Source of the DNA: an uncultured Actinomycetes bacterium
GTDB taxonomy: Bacteria > Actinomycetota > Acidimicrobiia > Acidimicrobiales > SZUA-35
Direction of reading: 5' to 3'
Assembly: GCA_902826025.1 (NCBI GenBank)
Contig: CADEDH010000002.1
Span: forward strand, 51,487-115,486
DNA length: 64,000 bases
Shown: positions 14,232-22,682 of the stretch, piece after piece
Numbering within the stretch: position 1 is the stretch's first letter
How the letters are laid out: the number at the start of each line of letters is the position of its first letter
Made by a program: the position numbers and the translations under genes
Notes under the pieces: model-generated
Database searches by the model: none
The model's input: only the letters and a program-made list of their open reading frames with translations
What the model was told of the DNA's origin: nothing

Positions 14232-14879
14232 TCAAGCAGGATCCTTCTTGACCCTCCGGGGCGGGGGCCAGGGCGTCTGGGGCTGGACCTCGAGCCAGGC
14301 CCAGAACCGCTCCACCTCGGCGTCGAGGTGGGCCATGTCGCCGCTGTTGTCGATCACGAAGTCGGCCATCTCCAAGCGCTGCTCCCGGGTGGCCTGGGCG
14401 GCGATACGGGCCAAGGCGTCGTCCCGGGTGAAATTGCGGTACGCCATCAACCGCTCCACCGCGATCTCCTGCGGCGTGTCGACCACCAGCACCACCGACG
14501 CCCCCCGCCGGTCGTCGGGGCCGCCCTCGGCCAGCAGGGGGATGTCGAAGATCACCACCCCGGGCTGCTCGTTCACGGCGTCGGCCCGGTTGTGCATCTC
14601 CCGGCGCACGGTGGGATGGATCATCTTGTTGAGCGCCGCCAACTCCTCGGGGTCGCCGAAGGCGATGCCGGCCACCGCCGCCCGGTCGAGCGTGCGGTCC
14701 TCGGCCAGGATCCGGTCGCCCCACCGCTCCACCATCTGGTTGTAGATCAACGCCCCCGGTTGCTGCAGCTCGCGGACGATCAGGTCGGCGTCGATGATCA
14801 GGCATCCCCGCTCGACCAGCCGCTCCGACACCGACGACTTCCCCGACCCGATACCACCAGTGAGCGCCACGAGTTTCAC
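14232..14879 (-). CDS. coaE: Dephospho-CoA kinase
   Basis: From the GTG at 14879: [38 protein letters not shown]. The 175-aa upstream extension of the ORF is low-complexity and was rejected. Confidence 0.9.
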   Translation of the reverse strand: MKLVALTGGIGSGKSSVSERLVERGCLIIDADLIVRELQQPGALIYNQMVERWGDRILAEDRTLDRAAVAGIAFGDPEELAALNKMIHPTVRREMHNRADAVNEQPGVVIFDIPLLAEGGPDDRRGASVVLVVDTPQEIAVERLMAYRNFTRDDALARIAAQATREQRLEMADFVIDNSGDMAHLDAEVERFWAWLEVQPQTPWPPPRRVKKDPA

Positions 14880-15063
14880 CGGGCCGAAGTTACCCGGGCC
14901 GCCGGTCCCCCGCCCAGTTACCCGGCCGACCTGGGCCCGACCGCTCACGTTCGGGCCGCTCGGACCGATCCGTAGTGCTGGCAACCCGCCACGACGATCC
15001 CGAGGAACCAGCCCTTCGGGGCCGAAGCGCCCAGGCGCACCGGCCCCCTCCCTCCCCATCAAC

Positions 15064-16896
15064 ATGACGGACACCTCCCTCCCAAACCCGGGTCTCACGG
15101 ATCCGGGCCTTCCCCTGCCCGGCCCCGGTGATCCCGGTCCTGCCCCGGCCCCGGCCCCGGCCCCGGTCTCCGCCGTCGCCGTCGCCGACGGGCCGCGCGC
15201 CGCCCCCTGGGCCGAGCGGGCAACGCTGGACGAGCAGTCGGCCGGGGACGATGTGATCGAAGCCGATGCCCTGGTGACCTTCGGGCCGGCCATCATGGCT
15301 GTGCGCTGGGCCACCACCGGTGTGTCTCTGGCCCTGGCCAGCCCAGCCCTCCTGGCCGGCGACCGGGCCCTCGGGGCCTGGATGGCGGTGGTGCTGGCCA
15401 ACACCGTCTTCCGGACCTTCCGACCCCTGCGCTATACCGGCTCGGTCCGGTCCCTGGTGCTGCTGGTAGCCGAGATCGGGCTCCACGTGCTGGCCGTGAC
15501 CGCCACCGGCTACTGGGACTCGCCCGCCGTGCTGGTGCTGGTCAACGCCGTGATCATGGCCGGCTTCGCCCGGGGCTTCGGCTTCGCCCTGCGGGTGGGA
15601 GCGGCCTCCACCCTGGCCGTGACCGTGCCCGGGCTGAACATCGGCCGCTGGGAGGCGGCGGAACTGGCCCAGAGCGCCCAGTGGGCCACCCTCATCGCCC
15701 TCAGCGGAATCGTCGCTGGCTACAGCCGCCGGATCTCGGGCGAGGCCACCCGACGCCACACGCTGGCCCTCGACCGGGTGGCCCGCCTGGCCGACGCCAA
15801 CACCCTGCTGGCCAACCTCCACCGGGTGGCCCAGACCCTGCCCGCCTCGCTCGACCTGGGCGACGTGCTCGACACCACGATCACCCGGCTCCGGGGTCTG
15901 CTGACCCATGACACCATGGTCATCCTCACCACCGAGCCCGACGGCCGGTGGCGGGTGGCCCGCCAGATCGGGGCTTCATCCACCCCCACCGGCCAGCACC
16001 GTGACCGCCTGCCGGCCCCGGCCGGCCGGGCCGTGGCCACCAGCCAGGCGGTCCTGGCCATCCTCCACCCGCCGGTCGATCCCGGCTTCAACCAGGCCTC
16101 GACCACTGCCGTCTACCTCCCGCTCCTGGCCCGGGGCCGCCTGATCGGCCTGCTGGCGGTGGAGGCCAAGGACCCCGAGGCCTTCGGCCCCCGGGAACAG
16201 CAATTGCTGGAGGGGTTCGTGGAGCCAGTTGCCCTGGCCATCGACAACGCCCGCTGGTTTCTGCGGATCCGCACCATAGGGGCCGATGAGGAGCGCAACC
16301 GGATCGCCCGCGACCTGCACGACCGGATCGGCCAGTCACTGGCCTACGTGGGGTTCGAGGTGGATCGTGTAATCCGTCGCTACGAAGCCGGGACCGACAT
16401 CGGAACCCAGCTCCACAGCCTCCGGACCGACCTGCGGGGCCTGGTGGGCGAGGTGCGCGACACCCTCTCCGACCTGCGGACCGACGTCAACGACAACCGT
16501 GACTTCGCCCAGACGGCCCAGGAGTTCGCCGAGCGGGTCTCGGCCCGCTCCGGCGTGCAGGTGGAGGTCGACTGCGCTGCTACCCGCCGCCTGCCCATCC
16601 TGCAGGAACGGGAGATGTGGCGCATCGCCCAGGAGGCGCTGGCCAACATCGAGCGCCACGCCCAGGCCACCCGGGCCGAGCTCCGGTGGCGCTGCGACGA
16701 GCAGGGCGCCCTGCTCGAGGTGACCGACGACGGCCGGGGTCTGCCCGCCACCTCCGACGACGGCCGCCTCGGGCGACCCGACTCCTACGGGATCGTCGGC
16801 ATGCGGGAACGGGCCGATTCGGTCGGCGCCACATTCGAGATGACATCAGAACCAGGAGAAGGGACCAAGGTACGGTGTTTCCTACCTCAGAAATGA
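15064..16896 (+). CDS. Membrane sensor histidine kinase with GAF domain (HisKA_3/NarX-LiaS type)
   Basis: Hydrophobic N-terminal region. GAF-like segment (LGDVLDTTITRLRGLL...LLARGRLIGLLAVEAKDPEAFGPREQQLLEGF). H-box EERNRIARDLHDRIGQSL. HATPase motifs (EALANIERHA, DDGRGL, GIVGMRERA). The start is uncertain (15064, or the ATG at 15295). Confidence 0.8.
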   Translation: MTDTSLPNPGLTDPGLPLPGPGDPGPAPAPAPAPVSAVAVADGPRAAPWAERATLDEQSAGDDVIEADALVTFGPAIMAVRWATTGVSLALASPALLAGDRALGAWMAVVLANTVFRTFRPLRYTGSVRSLVLLVAEIGLHVLAVTATGYWDSPAVLVLVNAVIMAGFARGFGFALRVGAASTLAVTVPGLNIGRWEAAELAQSAQWATLIALSGIVAGYSRRISGEATRRHTLALDRVARLADANTLLANLHRVAQTLPASLDLGDVLDTTITRLRGLLTHDTMVILTTEPDGRWRVARQIGASSTPTGQHRDRLPAPAGRAVATSQAVLAILHPPVDPGFNQASTTAVYLPLLARGRLIGLLAVEAKDPEAFGPREQQLLEGFVEPVALAIDNARWFLRIRTIGADEERNRIARDLHDRIGQSLAYVGFEVDRVIRRYEAGTDIGTQLHSLRTDLRGLVGEVRDTLSDLRTDVNDNRDFAQTAQEFAERVSARSGVQVEVDCAATRRLPILQEREMWRIAQEALANIERHAQATRAELRWRCDEQGALLEVTDDGRGLPATSDDGRLGRPDSYGIVGMRERADSVGATFEMTSEPGEGTKVRCFLPQK

Positions 16897-17618
16897 AGAC
16901 GGGTGCGTCAGCACCGAACCGACCGCTGAGCGCCCCGATGGCAACCGGCGCCATGGCGGCCCCCGCCACCGGCCGGGCCGCCATCCGGTTGCTGCTGGCC
17001 GACGATCACCGAATGATCCGGGAGGGCCTGCGCCGCTCGCTGGGTGAGCTCGGCTTCTCGGTGGTGGGCGAGGCCCGCAATGGAGCCGACGCCCTCGACC
17101 TGGCCGCCGCCCTGCGGCCCGACGTGGTCCTGATGGACGTCACCATGCCCGAGCTGGACGGGGTGGAAGCCACCCGGCAGCTCAAGGTCCGCCAGCCGGA
17201 GGTCAAGGTGGTGGTGCTGACCATGCACGCCGACCATGACATCCTCACCCAGGCCATTCGGGCCGGCGCCAACGGCTACCTGGTGAAGGACTGCAGCACC
17301 GACGAGATCGCCCAGGCCATCGACGCCGTGGCCCTGGGGGAGACCGCCCTCTCCCCCGGCCTGGCCGCCTCCATGCTGGCCGAGGTCCGCCGACAGGGCG
17401 CCAACCCGACGCCCGAACGCCTGATCACCACCCGGGAGGAGGAGGTGCTGCAGCTCATCGCCGACGGGTGCTCGACCCCCGAGGTGGCCGAGCAGCTGTT
17501 CATCAGCCAGAAGACGGTGAAGAACCACCTGGCCTCGATCTACCAGAAGCTGGACGCCAGGGACCGCACGCAAGCCGTGCTCCAGGCCGTCCGGATGGGG
17601 ATCGTCCACCTCAACTGA
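16893..17618 (+). CDS. Response regulator, NarL/LuxR family
   Basis: The ATG at 16893 overlaps the kinase stop (ATGA). IRLLLADDHRMIREGL, DVVLMDVTMPELDG, a C-terminal LuxR HTH (TTREEEVLQLIADGCSTPEVAEQLFISQKTVKNHLASIYQKL). Confidence 0.9.
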   Translation: MKTGASAPNRPLSAPMATGAMAAPATGRAAIRLLLADDHRMIREGLRRSLGELGFSVVGEARNGADALDLAAALRPDVVLMDVTMPELDGVEATRQLKVRQPEVKVVVLTMHADHDILTQAIRAGANGYLVKDCSTDEIAQAIDAVALGETALSPGLAASMLAEVRRQGANPTPERLITTREEEVLQLIADGCSTPEVAEQLFISQKTVKNHLASIYQKLDARDRTQAVLQAVRMGIVHLN

Positions 17619-17761
17619 CCCGGCGCCACCGTCCCGTCGCCCCTGGGACCAGGGCGATTGAGGCTGGCGGCCCATATAGGACCGGGTGTTGAGCGTCGAT
17701 GCATAGAGCACACCATCCCCCCACCGGGATCGACAGCACACCACACCCACGGAGAATCCTC

Positions 17762-17944
17762 ATGCTTCACTTCCAGTTCATCGCCGCTTGGGCTCGGGCG
17801 CAGGCCAAGAGCGAGCGGGGCGCCAGCCTCGTCGAGTACGCGCTGCTCGTGGCTCTGATCGCCGTCGTCTGCATCGCCGCCGTCACCCTGCTGGGCGGCG
17901 CCGCCGACGACAAGTTCAGCTCGGTCGCCAGCGCCATCGGCTGA
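17762..17944 (+). CDS. flp: Flp/Fap family type IVb (Tad) pilin precursor, 60 aa
   Basis: MLHFQFIAAWARAQAKSERG|ASLVEYALLVALIAVVCIAAVTLLG matches the Flp processing motif G/xxxxEY followed by a hydrophobic helix. GGAGAA lies 5 nt upstream of the ATG. Confidence 0.8.
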   Translation: MLHFQFIAAWARAQAKSERGASLVEYALLVALIAVVCIAAVTLLGGAADDKFSSVASAIG

Positions 17945-17971
17945 TCAGCGATCCAAGCTCACAAGCTGAGA

Positions 17972-18013
17972 CCTGTGGGGAAGCGCCCAGCGCTTCCCCA
18001 CAGGTCGTTTTGG
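17972..18013 (+). terminator. Rho-independent terminator after flp
   Basis: cctgtggggaagcg-cccag-cgcttccccacagg (14-bp perfect stem) followed by tcgttttgg. Confidence 0.75.
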
Positions 18014-18279
18014 CCGTTTTCGGGGTTCTGGCCGCGGGGTTGACCCCGCTGGGTGGGAACGCCCACGCCCGACGGGGCGGATCGGTCCGGACACCTCAGG
18101 CGGCATTGCGGGGGGATGCCCCACACTCGTGCCCTGATGCGTTGGTGGTGGACGGAAGTGGTGAGGGAAGGGACGCGCCGGCGGCGCCGGCGTCGACGAC
18201 GACAGGGCCAGGACGACGCCTGGCGGGAGGGCTTCGCCGCTGGCGTGGGCCTCCCGGGGGATGACCGGTCAGGGTCGGA

Positions 18280-19779
18280 TCAGCGACAGCGGGAGTAGGC
18301 GGGGCTGGAGCGGCGGCAGACGACGATCCAGTCGCCGTCGGTGCGCACCACGTCCCAGTCTGGGTCGCGGGCCAACCAGCGGGCCAGCGGGCTCTTGGCC
18401 GCCCAGACCACCACGTCGAACCGCCGCCGTTCCAGTACGGGGGCCATGTCGCCCCCCAACACCAGCGCGTTGTGGTCTTCGACGACGTCGGCCGGGTAGA
18501 AGTCGAAGCGGTCGTCCATGAACACCCGGGCCTCGGTGCCGAAACGCCAGGTGAGATAGTTGCCGATCGTCTCCCGGTGGCCGAGGGCGACGCCTTCGGT
18601 TGCCACCAGATCCCGTTCGGCCAGCCAGTCCACGGTCGCCGTCGGGTAGCTCGTCAGCACCAGAGCGGGGCTGGCCACCACGGTGACGGCCGACACCGCC
18701 AGGGCGGCGGCGGCCAAGGCCCCCAGCACCCGCGTGAACGAGGCCGAGCCCTCCGCTTCCAGGCCGCCACGCAGGCCCGACAGGGACGGCGCCAGCACGG
18801 CCACCACCACCAGTGAGCCCAGGCCGAGGTTGCGGACCGCCATGAGGCCGGCAGCGTAGAACATCAGGGCCGGCACCAGCTGGCGCCAGCACGCCCGGCG
18901 GGCGGCGGCCAGGACGATGACCACCAGGAGGAGCAGGTACACCTGCTCGGGTACCGACTGGAAGTCGGGGGCCCGCCACTCCGCCACCCGACGCAGCGAG
19001 CCACCCCGGCGCAGGAGCTCCACCGGGAACCACAGGAGCCGCCAACCGAGGGGATTGATCATCCCGAGGAGGGCACCGGATCCGGCGGCCAGGCAGGCCC
19101 CGGCCTCGGCGCGGGGCCACCACCGCCGCTGGTCGACAGCGGCCCCGATGGCCACCGCCCCGACCAGGGCCAGGCCTAGGGCGAACGAGCCGTGGCTGTT
19201 GATCCACACCCAGAACAGGGGTACCAGCCACCACCGGGGTCGGAGGCCCTGGAGCACCTGGAGAACGAGCACCAGCGCGGCCAATCCGACCAGCAGAGGG
19301 CGGGGCGACCACAGGGAGGTTCCGATCACGATCGCCGCCGTCACCAGCGCCACCCGGGTGACGAGCTGGCGGGCCGGAGCCACCAGACGCCACAGACCGA
19401 GCACGATCCCGGCCGCCAACAGCCCGTGGAAGGCCCGGATGGACCAGGGGCCCAGGGTCTCGTCGAGGACGGCGTAGACCACGCTCACCAGCCAACTCTG
19501 GACCGTCCAGGGTTCCCCGGCGGCGGTGGCCGAGTAGGGGTCGACCCCCGGTACCCCGTGGCGAGCCAGGATCAGGTGCCCAGTGGCCAGGTGGGTGAGG
19601 AAGCTGTTGTCGGCGATCGGTCGGGCTCCGACCATGAACCCCACGGTGGCCAGCAGCCAGCCGATGCTGCGGGCCAGGTCGCCCGTAGCCGATCCGGGCA
19701 CCACAGCGCCGGTGGGCGCGGCCGTCAGCACAGCGCCGGTGGGCGCGGCCGTCAGCACAGCGCCGGCGGGCTCGTCCAT
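18280..19779 (-). CDS. 499-aa polytopic membrane protein, last gene of the tad operon (possible GT-C/oligosaccharyltransferase-like enzyme, function unknown)
   Basis: Starts 13 nt after the tadC stop. Many hydrophobic segments, then a soluble C-terminal domain (YPTATVDWLAERDL...FMDDRFDFYPADVV...FDVVVWAAKSPLARWL...WDVVRTDGDWIVV). No family-specific motif was recognised. Confidence 0.55.
   Translation of the reverse strand: MDEPAGAVLTAAPTGAVLTAAPTGAVVPGSATGDLARSIGWLLATVGFMVGARPIADNSFLTHLATGHLILARHGVPGVDPYSATAAGEPWTVQSWLVSVVYAVLDETLGPWSIRAFHGLLAAGIVLGLWRLVAPARQLVTRVALVTAAIVIGTSLWSPRPLLVGLAALVLVLQVLQGLRPRWWLVPLFWVWINSHGSFALGLALVGAVAIGAAVDQRRWWPRAEAGACLAAGSGALLGMINPLGWRLLWFPVELLRRGGSLRRVAEWRAPDFQSVPEQVYLLLLVVIVLAAARRACWRQLVPALMFYAAGLMAVRNLGLGSLVVVAVLAPSLSGLRGGLEAEGSASFTRVLGALAAAALAVSAVTVVASPALVLTSYPTATVDWLAERDLVATEGVALGHRETIGNYLTWRFGTEARVFMDDRFDFYPADVVEDHNALVLGGDMAPVLERRRFDVVVWAAKSPLARWLARDPDWDVVRTDGDWIVVCRRSSPAYSRCR
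19702..19770. repeat. Perfect 27-nt tandem repeat, 2.5 copies
   Basis: cacagcgccggtgggcgcggccgtcag x2, plus a 15-nt partial copy. It encodes GAVLTAAPT repeats at the extreme 5' end of the 499-aa membrane-protein ORF, or lies in its leader if a downstream GTG is the true start. Confidence 0.95.
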
Positions 19780-19792
19780 GGCGGCCGCGCCC

Positions 19793-20734
19793 TCAGAGGC
19801 TGCGGGAGATGTTGATGATGGCCGGCCCCAGCACCACCACGAACAGGGCGGGGAAGATGCACAGCACCATCGGGATCATCATCTTGACCGGCGCCTTCTG
19901 AGCCTTCTCCTGGGCCGTCTGGCGTCGCTTGATCCGCATCTCGTCGGCCTGGGCCCGCAGCACCCGACCGATGCTCACACCGAAGGTGTCGGCCTGGATC
20001 ATGGCCAGCACGAACGAGCGGATCTCGGGGGTGTCGACCCGGGTCTGGAGGTTGCGCAGGGCGTCGGACCGCGACGACCCGGCCTGGGTCTCGCCCAGCA
20101 CCCGGGCGAACTCCTCGGCCAGTTCCCCCGGCACATTGGCGATGACCCGGTCGAGCGCCTGCTCGAAACCGAGGCCGGCCTCAACCGAGATCACCAGTAG
20201 GTCCATCACGTCGGGCAGGCCCCGCTGGATCGACTTCTGCCGGGCCGTCACCTTGGCGTTCAGTCGGGACGACGGACCGATCGCCCCCACCAGGCAGCCG
20301 AGGCCGGCGAAGGCCAGCTGCATCATGCCCTTGAGACCGAGCGGGTTGACGATGAAGGTGAAGGCCAACCAGAACGGGATCGACACGAAGCCGATCACGC
20401 GCAGGGCCAGGAAGCGCTCGACCTTGTCGGCCGAGTTGATGCCGGCCTTGATGTGCTTCTGACGGACGCTCTCGACGTAGTCGGGCGGGTTCAACCGCCC
20501 GCCGAACCGGGTGAATCCGGCCATGACGGGGGCCAGGAGCCGCTCGTGGACCGGAGCCAGCAGCTCCTTCTCCCGTTGGTTCTCGACCTCGTAGTCGTCG
20601 AGCTGACGGAGGGTGGAGCGGGCGGCAGCCCGCTCCTCGAGCTGGGCCATCACGTAGTACATGACCAGGGCGACCCCGAGGCCGGCCAGGACGACCAGAG
20701 CCTCCAGGGGGATGGTGGGCAGCGAGCTAAACAT
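19793..20734 (-). CDS. tadC: Tad pilus platform protein TadC (T2SS-F family)
   Basis: 313 aa: an N-terminal TM, a GspF-like cytoplasmic domain (GLPDVMDLLVISVEAGLGFEQALDRV...) and C-terminal TMs. It overlaps tadB by 8 nt. Confidence 0.85.
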   Translation of the reverse strand: MFSSLPTIPLEALVVLAGLGVALVMYYVMAQLEERAAARSTLRQLDDYEVENQREKELLAPVHERLLAPVMAGFTRFGGRLNPPDYVESVRQKHIKAGINSADKVERFLALRVIGFVSIPFWLAFTFIVNPLGLKGMMQLAFAGLGCLVGAIGPSSRLNAKVTARQKSIQRGLPDVMDLLVISVEAGLGFEQALDRVIANVPGELAEEFARVLGETQAGSSRSDALRNLQTRVDTPEIRSFVLAMIQADTFGVSIGRVLRAQADEMRIKRRQTAQEKAQKAPVKMMIPMVLCIFPALFVVVLGPAIINISRSL

Positions 20735-22682
20735 CGATCGTGATCACCTTTTTCATCCAGGCCAGGCCGATGGTGGCCGAGACGATGCCGAGGCCGAGGA
20801 AAACGTTGCCGATGAAGCTCGTGAACAGCAGGCTGATGTAGCCCGGGTTCATGATCCACATGATGAGCCCCAGGCCAGGCGGCAGGCACGACAGGATGCC
20901 GGCCGACATCCGGCCCTCGGCGGTGAGGGCCCCCACCTCCCGGCGGAGACGCTCCCGGGCGATCATCGTGTCGGCCACGCTGTTGAGAAGCTCGTTGAGA
21001 TTGCCGCCGACCTCGCGTTGGATCCCGATGGCCATGACGGCCCAGGCGAAGTCGGGGCTGGCCATGCGCTCGGAGACGCCGGCCAGGCACTCCTCCAGCT
21101 CTCGGCCGAGACGGGCCTCGGTCATGGCCCGTCGCAGCTCCTGGCCCATGGGGTCGGCGATCTCCTTCGACACCACCTCCATGCCCTGAGGCAGGGAGTA
21201 GCCGGCCCGCAGGGTGCCGGACAGCAGCTGAAGCGTGTCGGGCAGGAGCCGCTGGAACTTCTTGAACCGCCGCCGGGCCAGGAACTTGACCACGAAGAAC
21301 GACACGCCGACGGCGAACACCGCCAGCAGCAGGGCGGCCACGAAGCTCCGGGTGATCAGGAGGCCGAACAGGGCGGTGAACACGGTGATGGCGGCCAGGG
21401 CGAACATGGCCTCGCCGGCCCGGATGGGCAGGTTGGCCTTCTCCAGCAGATCCTCCACCCGCACCAGGAAGCCCCGCTTCTCGGCGAAGGCCTCGCTGAA
21501 GCTGATGGCCCGCTTGAGCAGGGCCGACTGGACGATCAGCTCTTCGACGTCGGCCTCGGGCACCTCGCCCCGACCGTCGGCGTAACGGGACAGCAGGCCT
21601 TCCAGCGAGCTGTCGCGGGCGAGCATGATCGAGCTGAGCGACCACACGCCGAGGGCGATGCCCACGAAGGCGAGGAGGAGGCTCACGTAGAGGCCGACCG
21701 AGGAACGGAAGAAGGCGAACCCGGTGGGATCGGTGTGGTGCTCGGCCCGGAGTTGGAGTGGGCTGACGGTGAGCACGCCGGTGGGGTACGACAACTGAGT
21801 GGCGGATCCGGCCAGGGTCACGTCGAGGTCGACTCGGCTGCCGGCGTCGGTTGGCGGCTGGAACACGACCAGCGTCCGGTCGGCGGCCTGGCCGAGGGCG
21901 GTGGCGAGGGCGACCGGAAGATCGAGGGGGGAGGCCACGTCGGCGTCGAGCCCCGCGGTGGCGGACGACAGGCCGGCCAGGGAGCGGTCACCGCCGCTGT
22001 AGCGCACCGACACGACCTGGATGCCATTGGCCACCAGTGGGACCTGGGCCTCCTTGGGGGTCACGTCGGAGCCCAGGTCTGAGCCGGTGCTCACCACCAC
22101 CACAGACCGGATGACGCCCGGGGTGTCGCTGAACAGATCGCCCGCCCGGTGGACGCCGTTGTAGAGGGTGGCGCCGTTGCGGGCGGCCAGGTCGTTGACG
22201 GCCTGGGTCAGCTTGGCCGGGTCGCTCGTCAGGGGCGTACGCACCAGGGCCGAGTCGCCGGCCGAGACCACAGCCATCGACAGGCCGGCCGGCGGGGCCT
22301 GGGCCATCGTGAGCAGCTGGGCCTTTATCGCGTCCAGCACCTGGTTGTCGTTGCCCCGGGCGTTGGTGTCGACCACCACCACCAGCTCGCGGGCGATGCC
22401 GGCGGCCGAGGCGGCGGTGACGCCGTCGACGGTCAGGTCGTCGTCGCCAGAGCGGACCTTCACCTGGTCGGCGGTCACCCCGGTGGCGGCGCCGATCACC
22501 GCCAGCTGCACCCGATCGGGCCCGCTGGCGTCGACGGCCGTCACCTTCACCGGAGCCGGCGGCTCGGCGTCGTCGGCCGAGGCCGGCACGAGGAAGGCCA
22601 GGCCGATCAGGGCCAACACCGCGCCCAGCGCCGCCACTACCCGGCCGGCCCGCCCGGCGACGGGAAAGGCCGGGGCCCTCAT
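20727..22682 (-). CDS. tadB: TadB (T2SS-F family) fused to an N-terminal secreted vWA-like domain
   Basis: Signal peptide (VVAALGAVLALIGLAFLVPASA). A vWA-like fold pattern follows (ELVVVVDTNARG...MAVVSAGDSALVRTPLTSD...NGATLYNGVHRAG...SVVVVSTGSD). Then TMs and a GspF-like domain (LPDTLQLLSGTLRAGYSLPQGMEVVSKEIADPMGQELRR...). Confidence 0.85.
   Translation of the reverse strand: MRAPAFPVAGRAGRVVAALGAVLALIGLAFLVPASADDAEPPAPVKVTAVDASGPDRVQLAVIGAATGVTADQVKVRSGDDDLTVDGVTAASAAGIARELVVVVDTNARGNDNQVLDAIKAQLLTMAQAPPAGLSMAVVSAGDSALVRTPLTSDPAKLTQAVNDLAARNGATLYNGVHRAGDLFSDTPGVIRSVVVVSTGSDLGSDVTPKEAQVPLVANGIQVVSVRYSGGDRSLAGLSSATAGLDADVASPLDLPVALATALGQAADRTLVVFQPPTDAGSRVDLDVTLAGSATQLSYPTGVLTVSPLQLRAEHHTDPTGFAFFRSSVGLYVSLLLAFVGIALGVWSLSSIMLARDSSLEGLLSRYADGRGEVPEADVEELIVQSALLKRAISFSEAFAEKRGFLVRVEDLLEKANLPIRAGEAMFALAAITVFTALFGLLITRSFVAALLLAVFAVGVSFFVVKFLARRRFKKFQRLLPDTLQLLSGTLRAGYSLPQGMEVVSKEIADPMGQELRRAMTEARLGRELEECLAGVSERMASPDFAWAVMAIGIQREVGGNLNELLNSVADTMIARERLRREVGALTAEGRMSAGILSCLPPGLGLIMWIMNPGYISLLFTSFIGNVFLGLGIVSATIGLAWMKKVITIDV

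Noticed and set aside
14880-15404. 175-aa N-terminal extension of the coaE ORF (track ORF 14232-15404)
   Set aside because: The extension is Ala/Arg/Gly/Pro low-complexity. The canonical P-loop ([12 protein letters not shown]) begins 4 residues after an in-frame GTG at 14879. The extension would also overlap the sensor-kinase gene.
17945-18279. Small ORFs between flp and the 499-aa membrane protein (for example 18053-18298) as candidate pseudopilins or a second pilin
   Set aside because: Their translations lack the G/xxxxEY Flp motif or a TadE-like hydrophobic N-terminus and are Arg-rich. The region is better explained as the convergent terminator zone.
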